This document shows positions 1 to 9,140 of a stretch of DNA of 64,000 nt, piece by piece. The DNA is from Halarcobacter sp. (GTDB lineage: Bacteria > Campylobacterota > Campylobacteria > Campylobacterales > Arcobacteraceae), in NCBI GenBank assembly GCA_963676565.1, contig OY781089.1:1696001-1760000 (forward strand), written 5' to 3'. Both the position numbers and the translations under genes were made by a program. The notes beneath the pieces were generated by a model. That model saw nothing but the letters and a program-made list of their open reading frames with translations, did not search any database and had not been told where the DNA came from. Each line of letters starts with the position of its first letter. Within the stretch, counting starts at the first letter, position 1.

Positions 1-1
1 T

Positions 2-148
2 AAGGCACATGAGGCACTATCAAATTGGATTATAGACAGTGGTATTGAGCTTAGAAATGCGCCTGTTTTTCATAAGTATTTGGACTTAGACCCAAGGGAT
101 ATGAAACCTGAGAATTTGCAAACTGAGATTTATGTGCCTGTTTATTAA
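2..148 (+). CDS. 3' fragment of a GyrI-like effector-binding domain protein (5' end outside window)
   Basis: Frame 2 is open from the window edge: KAHEALSNWIIDSGIELRNAPVFHKYLDLDPRDMKPENLQTEIYVPVY*. The TEIYVPV ending is typical of GyrI-like domains. Confidence 0.7.
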   Translation, partial: KAHEALSNWIIDSGIELRNAPVFHKYLDLDPRDMKPENLQTEIYVPVY

Positions 149-159
149 GTGAGCAGATA

Positions 160-1038
160 ATGCAAAAAAAGAAAAATTCGCATACTGCATCTGTTCAAAA
201 TGTTTCCGATACTGCTTTTTGGGTAGCTTCTTTTAGAGCCGCTGAGAGCAAAAGAGAAGATGCGCTGTTTCAAGACCCTCTTGCTAAGATATTAGTTGCC
301 AATCACGGCGAAAAAATCTCTCATTCTATGCGCTCAGTGGCAAAATCTGCTTCATGGTCTGTGGTGATGCGTACACGATTAATAGATGAGATTATTTTAC
401 GTTATATTAAACAAGGATATACAACACTCATCAATCTTGGAGCGGGTTTAGATACCAGAGCGTATCGACTTGAATTGCCTGATGATTTTCACTGGATAGA
501 GATAGACTTTACTGAAGTTTTGGAGTTTAAAGAACAAAAGCTTAAAGGACAAAAACCAAAGTGTAAACTTCAACGCATAGCATGTGATCTCTCCAATCAC
601 GCTCAAAGAAAAGCACTCTTTAAAAAGCTCGACACTAGGATAAGTCCTGCTCTTGTTTTATGTGAGGGGGTAATCATGTATCTTGATGAAGAGGGTGTGG
701 GTGCTTTGTCAGAAGATATCAAAGAACAATCCAATTTCAAATTATGGATTGTGGATTATTATTCTACTGAGATTTACAAGATATACCAATCACCAAGATT
801 TAAAAATCTCTTGAGCAACGCTCCTTTTTTGTTTTATCCATCAGATTGGTTTTCTTTTTTTAAAGAGTATGGCTGGATACAAAAAGAAATTTTGTACCTT
901 TATGACATAGCTAAAGAACATAAGCGTTCTTTTCCTTTGCCATGGTGGGCAGTGCCTATAAAATTTATCCTTGGTGAAAAAAGGATGATGAAAAAGATAA
1001 AAAAATACACCGCCTTTGTTGTATTTGAAAAGGTGTAG
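160..1038 (+). CDS. Class I SAM-dependent methyltransferase, leucine carboxyl methyltransferase (LCM)-like
   Basis: Motifs VSDTAFWVASFRA, FQDPLA, RTRLID, INLGAGLDTRAYRL, EID and EGVIMYL. Confidence 0.9.
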   Translation: MQKKKNSHTASVQNVSDTAFWVASFRAAESKREDALFQDPLAKILVANHGEKISHSMRSVAKSASWSVVMRTRLIDEIILRYIKQGYTTLINLGAGLDTRAYRLELPDDFHWIEIDFTEVLEFKEQKLKGQKPKCKLQRIACDLSNHAQRKALFKKLDTRISPALVLCEGVIMYLDEEGVGALSEDIKEQSNFKLWIVDYYSTEIYKIYQSPRFKNLLSNAPFLFYPSDWFSFFKEYGWIQKEILYLYDIAKEHKRSFPLPWWAVPIKFILGEKRMMKKIKKYTAFVVFEKV

Positions 1039-1128
1039 ATGATTACTATCCAACTTATTTATACTGCAATAATGTACTATGTCTAAAAAATTTTAAAATG
1101 TATAATTTACCAAAAAGAAGGGTAAATT

Positions 1129-1713
1129 ATGAATATTGTATTTTTTCTACTATATTGTAGTTTGATGATAATAACACCAGGTCCCACTAATATTATGATT
1201 CTTACAACAGTGCACAATTATGGAGTCAAAAAAGCTTTTGAGTTTTCTGTTTGTGCATTATTTGCTTTTTTTGTATTATTAAGTATATCTGTTATTTTTA
1301 ATTCTATATTGATGAATTATTTGCCAAATATTATAGTTGTTTTACAGATAATTGGAGCTATTTATATGTTGTATTTAGCATATCAAATTTTTAAGATAAA
1401 TAATACTTCAAAAAAAGAAAATCAGTTTTCATCTTTTAAAACAGGTTTTTTTATGCAATTTGTTAATCCAAAACCAGTATTGTTTACATTGACTGTTTTT
1501 CCAAGTTTTATTTTGCCTTATTATACCTCTTTTTGGCATTTGACACTTTTTGTGTTATTGATTACAATTATTGCTTGTGTTGCTTTTTTATCATGGATTT
1601 TATTTGGAAAAGTGCTAAAATCTTTTTGGGATAGATATAATAAGCTAGTAAATAACATAATGGCAATATTTTTAATAATATGTGCTATTGCAATTTCAGG
1701 GATATTTAATTAA
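1129..1713 (+). CDS. LysE/RhtB family amino acid exporter
   Basis: ITPGPTN, GAIYMLYLA and FVNPK motifs; about 6 TM helices; TATAAT at 1101-1106. Confidence 0.9.
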   Translation: MNIVFFLLYCSLMIITPGPTNIMILTTVHNYGVKKAFEFSVCALFAFFVLLSISVIFNSILMNYLPNIIVVLQIIGAIYMLYLAYQIFKINNTSKKENQFSSFKTGFFMQFVNPKPVLFTLTVFPSFILPYYTSFWHLTLFVLLITIIACVAFLSWILFGKVLKSFWDRYNKLVNNIMAIFLIICAIAISGIFN

Positions 1714-1792
1714 ATGATTTATTATGAATAAAAGATAAAAGAGACATGTAGAATAAAATATTAAATTCAAGCAAGATATAATAAATCAATTA

Positions 1793-1823
1793 AAACAAAG
1801 GATAAAGGTGGAAACCTGATCCC
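1793..1823 (-). terminator. Probable intrinsic terminator of the 1831..2733 gene
   Basis: Minus strand reads GGGAT-C-AGGT-TTCC-ACCT-TT-ATCCT followed by TTGTTTT, just after the stop codon. Confidence 0.6.
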
Positions 1824-1830
1824 TATCTAA

Positions 1831-2733
1831 TTATTGATAATTTATATAATAAGGTTTTTCCCAGATTTTTCTACCAAAACTCTCTTCAAAACCTAAAATT
1901 TCTTTTGGGCTCATGATTTTTGTATCAGTTTCATAAAATATTTTAAATCCACTTTTTGCAATATCTTGTTCTTCTTGAGTATAAAGATTATTGTAGATTT
2001 TTATTTTTACAGCAGGGTTTCCATGTCCATCAATATTATAGATTAGATTCACGTTATCAAATTTTTTAACTTCATCTTTTTTTCTTAACATTCTTTGATG
2101 AAACATATGAACTATCAACTCTTTTTTATTTAAATTATTCTCTTCAATATAATCATTTACTAATTTTTGAACTTCATTTAAATCATGGGCAAATATATGA
2201 CCAACATACCTTCCTGGTGGGTATCTTCTATGCTTTGGGATTTTAAATTCTGGATCAAGTGCTAAGTGTACATTATCATACTTAAGATATTTTAATACAA
2301 TTTTTACAGCTTCACTTGGGGTATTTGTTCCCATTTGAAGATCAATAATTACTTTAAACTCTTCCATTTTTGCTCTATTGATAAAATTCATTAAACTTTT
2401 ATGAGATAGTCTTAACATATAATCATTTCTTTTACCTGCATCAGGAGTAGCTAATCCATAGATTATATGAAATGCCATTTGAACTTCAAAGTTATCACCT
2501 AACTCTTTTTCATAAAATGATTTTTTATCATGCATCTTTTTGACTAGTGCATCTAAATTACTTTGACCTAATACACCAAGAGATTTAGTGTTTGGTCTTC
2601 CATAAAAACCTATTAAGATTTTTTCTTTTTCTATAGTTGTTTTTATTGTATTATTTGCAAAAATATTGTCCACAAAAAATAATATAAAAAGTGCTAATAT
2701 TTTTATAATCTTCCCCATTATCATTTTCCCCAA
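1831..2733 (-). CDS. Conserved exported hypothetical protein
   Basis: N-terminal signal peptide; enzyme-like motifs IGFYGRP, IIDLQMG, HLALDPEF, IVHMF, IDGHG, GFKIFY. The true start may be a few codons into the ORF. Confidence 0.7.
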   Translation of the reverse strand: MGKMIMGKIIKILALFILFFVDNIFANNTIKTTIEKEKILIGFYGRPNTKSLGVLGQSNLDALVKKMHDKKSFYEKELGDNFEVQMAFHIIYGLATPDAGKRNDYMLRLSHKSLMNFINRAKMEEFKVIIDLQMGTNTPSEAVKIVLKYLKYDNVHLALDPEFKIPKHRRYPPGRYVGHIFAHDLNEVQKLVNDYIEENNLNKKELIVHMFHQRMLRKKDEVKKFDNVNLIYNIDGHGNPAVKIKIYNNLYTQEEQDIAKSGFKIFYETDTKIMSPKEILGFEESFGRKIWEKPYYINYQ

Positions 2734-2910
2734 AACATTTTAAAGTTGGAAGTATAATCTAATAGAATAAAATCTAATTTAATCAAGATTAATATTCTTG
2801 TTTTTTTGACAGATTTATTAAAATTAAAAAGTATAATACTAATTAATGGATATTACATAATAGCTTTGGTATGATGCAAATCCTTAATCTCTAAATATAT
2901 TAGGATACTA

Positions 2911-3594
2911 TTGAATTTAAAACAAATAAGCATGGCAATTTATGCCACATATCTAACAAATAGTTATGGATTTAAACTAAAAAAAGCAAAAACTTCAAAA
3001 GAAAGAATAAGTCTAAGGGAAGAGTATTCTAAAACACTTTTAAATAAGTTAAATATAAGTGTAGAAGTATTAAACGAAGAGGCAATACCTAAAGAGGGTA
3101 AATATCTTTTAATATCAAATCATAGAAGTATTATCGACCCATTGATTATCGAGTTAGCTTTAGAAAAAAGCGGTATCAATGGTTTTTGGGTTTCAAAAAA
3201 AGAACTATATGACTCTTTTTTCTTTGGCTCATTTGTTAAAAATGCTGGTTCTATTCTTTTAGATAGAGAAGCTTCAAATATGTCATCTTTTTTTAAAGAG
3301 ACTAAAGAGGTTGTAAAAGAAGGTCACTCAATTTATATCTTTCCTGAAGGTACAAGAAACAAAGAAAATACACCACTTAGTTCTTTTAAAGATGGTTCAA
3401 GAATTATTGCTTTAAAAAATAGGCTTGATATCTTACCTGTATATATAAAAACAAATGCAAATGAAGTATTAAAAGAAGCTATAAATAAAAGAACAAAAAA
3501 TTTAAAAATAAAAATCCAAATTGGAGAGATTATCTCTTATAAAGATAAAACACCCCTTGAAGAAAACTATAAAAATCAGTTTTCAATAATTTAA
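2911..3594 (+). CDS. plsC: 1-acyl-sn-glycerol-3-phosphate acyltransferase
   Basis: NHRSIID (HX4D) and IFPEGTR motifs; TTG start with AGGA Shine-Dalgarno (SD). Confidence 0.85.
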   Translation: MNLKQISMAIYATYLTNSYGFKLKKAKTSKERISLREEYSKTLLNKLNISVEVLNEEAIPKEGKYLLISNHRSIIDPLIIELALEKSGINGFWVSKKELYDSFFFGSFVKNAGSILLDREASNMSSFFKETKEVVKEGHSIYIFPEGTRNKENTPLSSFKDGSRIIALKNRLDILPVYIKTNANEVLKEAINKRTKNLKIKIQIGEIISYKDKTPLEENYKNQFSII

Positions 3595-3668
3595 TTTAAA
3601 AATATCACTTCACACAGAGTAAACATTTATGTGATATATTTCCATTATAAAGTTTTAAAGGATTTATT

Positions 3669-4847
3669 ATGATTGCAGAAATAGTATTTGCTGCAGGGTG
3701 TTTTTGGGGTGTTGAAAAACATTTTGAATCAATTCCTGGAGTAGTTGATGTAAAATCTGGATATGTTGGTGGTAATTATGAAAATCCAACATATAAAAAA
3801 GTATTAAAATATAGAATGTCAAATGATAAAACTATAGTAAACTATACTGAAGGTGTTCTTGTAAAGTTTGATAAAGAAAAGATTGATGCAAAGGCACTTA
3901 TAAAATCTTTTTGGGAAATTCATGATCCAACACAGTTAAACCGTCAAGGTAATGATATTGGAAACAATTATAGAAGTGCAATTTTTTATACAAACGATTA
4001 TCAAAAAGAAACTGCACTTAATACAAAAGTAAAATATCAAAAACTTCTAGAACAGGCTGATTATGGTAAGATAGTTACACAAATACAACCTTTAAAAAAG
4101 TTTTGGGAAGCTGAAAATTATCACCAAGACTATTTAAAAAATAACCCAAATGGCTATTGTCCAAATCATGCTACAGGGGTGAAATTTGAACCTGAAAAGA
4201 TAAGTTATCCTGATTTGATCCCTTTAGGAAATAAAGAGATTATTGTAGTTGAATCAGAAGGTTATTGCCCTTATTGTGAAAAATTTGAAAAAGATGTTTT
4301 ATCCTCTTATAAAGGGACACTTCCTATAAGAAAAGCAGTTTCAAAACAATTGGATAAATTTGAAATAAAAACAAAACTATATGCAACACCAACAATTTTA
4401 TTTATTGAAGATGGAAAAGAGGTATTCTCTCACAAAGGTTACTTAAGTAATAAAGAGTTTTATGAGGTCTTTGGAAAGTTCAAATTAGGTGAGGATACTG
4501 AAAGTTTCAACGTAGCTTTTAACAAAGGCACTGACAATAGGTTTTGTAAACAGTATGAAATTTTTAAAAATACTCCTGATGGAGTCTTTGTAGATAAATT
4601 GTCAGGTGAAATTTTATTTGATACAAAAGATAGATTTAATTCAGGTACTGGATGGTTAAGTTTTTACAAAGCAGTTGATGGTTCAACTATTGAAAAAACT
4701 GATTTAAGTTATGGAATGATTAGAACAGAAGTATTAGCTAAAAAAAGTGGAATTCATTTAGGTCATGTTTTTGATGAGATGGGGCATAGAAGATTTTGTA
4801 TCAATGCAACAGTTTTAGATTTTGTTCCAAGAGATGAGGTGCAATAG
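3669..4847 (+). CDS. msrAB: Peptide methionine sulfoxide reductase, MsrA-thioredoxin-MsrB fusion
   Basis: MsrA motifs GCFWG, HDPT, YRSAIF, AENYHQDY, GYC; a central CPYC/TPT thioredoxin fold; MsrB motifs SGTGWLSF, RTEV, HLGHVF, RFCIN. Confidence 0.92.
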   Translation: MIAEIVFAAGCFWGVEKHFESIPGVVDVKSGYVGGNYENPTYKKVLKYRMSNDKTIVNYTEGVLVKFDKEKIDAKALIKSFWEIHDPTQLNRQGNDIGNNYRSAIFYTNDYQKETALNTKVKYQKLLEQADYGKIVTQIQPLKKFWEAENYHQDYLKNNPNGYCPNHATGVKFEPEKISYPDLIPLGNKEIIVVESEGYCPYCEKFEKDVLSSYKGTLPIRKAVSKQLDKFEIKTKLYATPTILFIEDGKEVFSHKGYLSNKEFYEVFGKFKLGEDTESFNVAFNKGTDNRFCKQYEIFKNTPDGVFVDKLSGEILFDTKDRFNSGTGWLSFYKAVDGSTIEKTDLSYGMIRTEVLAKKSGIHLGHVFDEMGHRRFCINATVLDFVPRDEVQ

Positions 4848-5534
4848 TTGCCTGGACGTTTAGCTATTTTTGATGATAAAAAATTTAAAGAGGACTCAAA
4901 AGATTTAATAAAAAATGATATGGTTGGGGCTTTATTGCCAAAATATAATATAGCTCCAACTTTACCAATACCTACACTTTTAAACAATGGAAACTATTTA
5001 TATAGCCATTTTGGATATCTACCTTCATGGGCAAAAGATAAAAAAAGTATGAATATAAACGCAAGAAGTGAGTCTATCTTTGAAAAACTTACCTTTAGGG
5101 ATTCTTTTCGATATAGACGTTGTATTATCCCAATAAATGGCTTTTTTGAGTGGGAAGTAGAAGATAAACAGAAAACTCCATATTTTGTAAAAGATAGCAA
5201 AAATGATTATTTAGCAATTGCTGGGGTTTGGGATGAGTATTTTGATATTGATTTAAACATGAAAATAGTTACTGTCGCCTTAATTACTTGTGATGCAAAC
5301 GAAAAGTTAGGAAAGATTCATCACCGTATGCCAGTAGTATTAGAAAAAAAAGATTTTTCTAAATGGTTATATAGTGAAAATCTAAAAGAGATTAATTCAC
5401 TTTTTAATATATATCCAAGTGAAAATCTTGACCTTTACGAAGTTTCATCAAATGTAAATAAAGTTTTATTTGATGAACCCTCGTGTATTAAAAGCTTAGA
5501 AAAAGTAGAAATAGGGCAAAAAACTCTATTTTAG
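4848..5534 (+). CDS. SRAP (SOS response-associated peptidase; YedK/HMCES family) protein with N-terminal Pro instead of Cys
   Basis: YNIAPT, PSWAKD, INARSE, RRCIIPINGFFEW and IHHRMPV motifs. TTG start directly after the msrAB stop, with GAGGT SD at 4836-4840. Confidence 0.9.
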   Translation: MPGRLAIFDDKKFKEDSKDLIKNDMVGALLPKYNIAPTLPIPTLLNNGNYLYSHFGYLPSWAKDKKSMNINARSESIFEKLTFRDSFRYRRCIIPINGFFEWEVEDKQKTPYFVKDSKNDYLAIAGVWDEYFDIDLNMKIVTVALITCDANEKLGKIHHRMPVVLEKKDFSKWLYSENLKEINSLFNIYPSENLDLYEVSSNVNKVLFDEPSCIKSLEKVEIGQKTLF

Positions 5535-6071
5535 TAGTTCTACAATTTTTGCTTCAATCTCTTCAGGAGTGGTTATTGAACCATATCTTTCAACTATTTT
5601 TCCATTTTTATCAATTAGAAATTTTGTAAAATTCCATTTTATAGCTTCTGTCCCTGCAAAACCAGGTGCATTTTCTTTTAAGTAAACATATAGTGGGTCA
5701 GCATTCTCTCCATTTACATCAATTTTTGCAAACATATCAAATTTTACTCCAAAAGTTAGAGTACAAAACTCTTGAATTTGTTTATTTGTTCCTGGTTCTT
5801 GGTTAGCAAATTGATTTGATGGAAAACCTAAAACCATAAACTTTTTGTCTTTGTATTTATCAAAAAGTTTTTCCAATCCTTCATATTGATTTGTAAAACC
5901 ACATTTACTAGCAACATTTACAATAAGTAAAACCTTGTCTTTATACTTAGACAGTGAGATCTCTTTACCTTCTATATCTTTTACTTTAAAGTCATAAATA
6001 CTCATTTCCTTCCCTTTTGCTAATGAAAATGACAAACTTAATACAAGTGCCATTAATATTTTTAATATCAT
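5526..6071 (-). CDS. gpx: Glutathione/thioredoxin peroxidase (Cys type) with signal peptide
   Basis: VNVASKCG, GFPSNQF, QEPG and WNFTKFL motifs. Confidence 0.95.
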   Translation of the reverse strand: MILKILMALVLSLSFSLAKGKEMSIYDFKVKDIEGKEISLSKYKDKVLLIVNVASKCGFTNQYEGLEKLFDKYKDKKFMVLGFPSNQFANQEPGTNKQIQEFCTLTFGVKFDMFAKIDVNGENADPLYVYLKENAPGFAGTEAIKWNFTKFLIDKNGKIVERYGSITTPEEIEAKIVELLK

Positions 6072-6138
6072 TTTAAATCCTTTTTTGAATTTTATCCATA
6101 TTTAAAATCTTTTAGTATAGATTTTTGATTAGTTAATA

Positions 6139-6636
6139 CTAAAAAAAGATATTTTTACCCATGATAACATCATCATGGTCAACAAATCTATTACAATTTA
6201 TGCCCTCTAGTGCTATACAAATATTTTGCCATTGTTTAGAGTGTCCTCCATTTTCATCTGTAAAGTTTCCTTTTACAAACATTAATGCATGGGCATACTC
6301 ATGGGGTAATACATCATTTATCATATATTCAGAACTCTCTTTAAATCTTTTTTTATTTAGATATATTGATATTTGTCCATTATTCGAATAAGTTGCTGCA
6401 CCAAAAAGTTTTGAGGGCATTTTATCGGAGATAATTAAAGGAATCTTTTTATTTATTCCAAATTTTTGATAGCTTAGTTTTTCAAGATAATATTGTTTCT
6501 GTTTAACTTTTTGAACTATTTTTTCATCAAGGGGATTGTTTTTGAAGTTGTAAGTATTAATCCATGAGTAGATTAAAAAAATCGAACCTAAGATTGTAAC
6601 ACCTAAGAAAAAGTAGTTCAATTTTTTTAAAAACAT
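6139..6636 (-). CDS. SprT-like zinc metalloprotease with N-terminal membrane anchor
   Basis: VLPHEYAH...GGHSKQWQ motif; hydrophobic N-terminal helix. Confidence 0.8.
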   Translation of the reverse strand: MFLKKLNYFFLGVTILGSIFLIYSWINTYNFKNNPLDEKIVQKVKQKQYYLEKLSYQKFGINKKIPLIISDKMPSKLFGAATYSNNGQISIYLNKKRFKESSEYMINDVLPHEYAHALMFVKGNFTDENGGHSKQWQNICIALEGINCNRFVDHDDVIMGKNIFF

Positions 6637-6645
6637 CTTACTCTC

Positions 6646-7155
6646 CTAATTAGGAAATGCCTTTAAAAGTACATCTTTATAATGATTTAGTTTTTGCATT
6701 AATCCATCACCGTGATTATTGATATCAGGATGGTACTTTTTAGCTAACTCTTTATATCTTTTTTTTATTTCATCTCTTGTAGGATCACTAGTAAACCCGA
6801 AAAAATCTTTTGCTTCACTAAGTTCAGATAAAGAGTTAAAGCCTCCTTGTCCAAAATTACCTTGATTAAATCCACCTTGTCTAAATCTCTCTTCAAAGTC
6901 TCTAAAATCAAAACCACTATTGCTACTTGAATTTGAACTAAAATCTTGACCATTAAATGTGAATCTAAAACCTTGATTATGGACTTGTTCTTTAAACTTC
7001 TTTTTAAACTGATAAAAAGCGTAATAAGCAATTGCAATTAAAACAAAAATTATAATTAAAAATGTTCCAAAATTTGTAAAAATCAAATAAAGTATTCCAA
7101 AAAATATTCCCCATTTGATTAAACTGTTAATAATATATGCTAATTCTCTACCCAT
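6646..7155 (-). CDS. Membrane-anchored J-domain protein (TM, G/F-rich linker, C-terminal J domain)
   Basis: Two N-terminal TM helices, a QGGFNQGNFGQGGFN linker and IKKRYKELAKKYHPD. Confidence 0.85.
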   Translation of the reverse strand: MGRELAYIINSLIKWGIFFGILYLIFTNFGTFLIIIFVLIAIAYYAFYQFKKKFKEQVHNQGFRFTFNGQDFSSNSSSNSGFDFRDFEERFRQGGFNQGNFGQGGFNSLSELSEAKDFFGFTSDPTRDEIKKRYKELAKKYHPDINNHGDGLMQKLNHYKDVLLKAFPN

Positions 7156-7237
7156 ATGTTGTAAATAACCTTAAAATTTTTGAATTTGATTATACTATTT
7201 TTACCCTTTTAATGTGTTTCTTTTGTGTAGTTTTTTC

Positions 7238-7311
7238 TTGTCATATGATATTTGTGTGATAAAACTGTTGACATATGCTTAAAAGTTGTTTAAATAATAA
7301 ACATATGACAA
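7238..7311. promoter_or_regulatory. lctP promoter with three phased CATATG-core operator boxes
   Basis: CATATG at 7242, 7272 and 7302; TTGACA at 7268-7273; TGtTTAAAT at 7287-7295. Confidence 0.6.
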
Positions 7312-7372
7312 TTTATCATGCGTTTTTCATTTCCTTGATTTATCATTTTACTAACGAAAGAAGGAGAATGAG

Positions 7373-9064
7373 ATGGAAATAGGTACACAAGCCTTTTTTG
7401 CAGCATTACCAATTATTGTTGCTGCAATTCTTTTAGTTGGTTTTAGATTACCAGCTAAAAAAGCTATGCCAGTTGTATATTTAGTTACTACAGCTGTTGC
7501 ATTATATGTTTGGGAAGTTACATTCAACAGAGTATTAGCTTCTACTATTCAAGGGCTATTAATCACAATAGCAGTTTTATGGATTATCTTTGGTGCGATT
7601 TTATTGTTAAATACTTTAAAACACTCAGGTGCTATTAAAGTAATTAGACAAGGTTTTAACAATATCTCTCCAGATAGAAGAATTCAAGTTGTAATTATTG
7701 CATGGTTATTTGGTTCATTTATTGAAGGTGCTTCTGGATTTGGAACACCTGCTGCAATTGCCGCACCACTAATGGTTGCAATTGGATTCCCTGCAATGGC
7801 AGCAGTAATGGTTGGTATGATGATTCAATCAACTCCTGTATCATTTGGGGCAGTTGGTACTCCAATTTTAATTGGTGTAAATAAAGGTTTAGATTCTGAA
7901 GGTATTGGGGCAACACTACAAGGTTTAGGCTCTAATTGGGAAGCATATTTACAAATCATTACAAGTGAAGTTGCAATTGTACATGCTATTACAGGTACAT
8001 TGATTCCTTTATTTATGATAATGATGATGACAAGATTTTTTGGTAAAAATAAATCTTGGACAGAAGGTTTATCAGCAATTCCATTTGCTATTTTTGGTGG
8101 TTTAGCATTTACAATTCCTTATGCCTTAACAGGTGTATTCTTAGGAGCTGAATTCCCATCATTAATTGGTGCTTTAGTTGGACTTGCAATTGTTACAACA
8201 GCAGCTAAAAAAGGTTTCTTAGTTCCTAAAAACACTTGGGATTTTGCACCAAAAGAAGAGTGGCCAGTTCATTGGGTATCTAAATTAGAAATTAAAATGG
8301 ATGCAATGAATGAAAAAGTTGATATGTCTTTAACTAGAGCATGGATTCCTTATTTATTAGTTGCTGCAATTTTAGTTTTAACTAGAGTAAGTTCGGATGC
8401 TATGGCAATCGCAAAATCTTGGGTTATCCCATTTAAAGATATTTTAGGAGAAGGTTTAGGTTATTCTATTGTTCCATTATATCTTCCAGGTGGTATTTTA
8501 GTATTTGTTGTATTGGTTACTTACTTCTTACATAGAATGGAATTTAAAGAGATGAAAGAAGCATTAAGTGAATCTTCAAAGGTTATGCTAGGAGCTGGAT
8601 TTGTACTTATATTTACAATTCCTCTTGTTAGAATTTTAATTAACTCAGGTGTAAACGCAGCAGGATTTGATTCTATGCCTGTAGCAATGGCAAACTGGGT
8701 AGCAACATCAGTGGGTGATATTTATCCATTATTTGCACCAATGGTTGGGGCATTAGGAGCATTTATTGCTGGGTCTAATACTGTTTCAAACATGATGTTA
8801 TCTCAGTTCCAATTTGGAGTTGCTGATGCTTTAAGTATTTCAACTGCATTTATGGTTGCACTTCAAGCAGTCGGAGCAGCAGCAGGTAATATGATTGCTA
8901 TTCACAATGTTGTTGCAGCAAGTGCAACGGTTGGTTTACTTGACCAAGAGGGTGAAACATTGAGAAGAACAATTATCCCTACAATTTATTATTGTTTAGT
9001 AGCTGGTATTATAGGACTTATTGGTATGTATGTTCTAGGGCTTGCTGATCCATTAATGAAATAA
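7373..9064 (+). CDS. lctP: L-lactate permease
   Basis: [24 protein letters not shown] and GSNTVSN motifs; 563-aa polytopic membrane protein. Confidence 0.92.
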   Translation: MEIGTQAFFAALPIIVAAILLVGFRLPAKKAMPVVYLVTTAVALYVWEVTFNRVLASTIQGLLITIAVLWIIFGAILLLNTLKHSGAIKVIRQGFNNISPDRRIQVVIIAWLFGSFIEGASGFGTPAAIAAPLMVAIGFPAMAAVMVGMMIQSTPVSFGAVGTPILIGVNKGLDSEGIGATLQGLGSNWEAYLQIITSEVAIVHAITGTLIPLFMIMMMTRFFGKNKSWTEGLSAIPFAIFGGLAFTIPYALTGVFLGAEFPSLIGALVGLAIVTTAAKKGFLVPKNTWDFAPKEEWPVHWVSKLEIKMDAMNEKVDMSLTRAWIPYLLVAAILVLTRVSSDAMAIAKSWVIPFKDILGEGLGYSIVPLYLPGGILVFVVLVTYFLHRMEFKEMKEALSESSKVMLGAGFVLIFTIPLVRILINSGVNAAGFDSMPVAMANWVATSVGDIYPLFAPMVGALGAFIAGSNTVSNMMLSQFQFGVADALSISTAFMVALQAVGAAAGNMIAIHNVVAASATVGLLDQEGETLRRTIIPTIYYCLVAGIIGLIGMYVLGLADPLMK

Positions 9065-9097
9065 AAACTTAATCACTTACAAAAGTGTCCAAAAAGT

Positions 9098-9129
9098 AAA
9101 ATGAGGGTATAATTGCCCTCATTTTTTTT
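9098..9129 (+). terminator. lctP intrinsic terminator with a TATAAT box in its loop
   Basis: AAAATGAGGG-tataattg-CCCTCATTTT followed by further Ts. Confidence 0.8.
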
Positions 9130-9140
9130 AAAGGGACACT

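Noticed and set aside
1776..1819. TATAAT, AAGGA and GTG GAA ACC TGA on the + strand, a possible micro-ORF or sRNA with a GGAA tetraloop
   Set aside because: Only three codons long; the hairpin is adequately explained as the terminator of the minus-strand gene.
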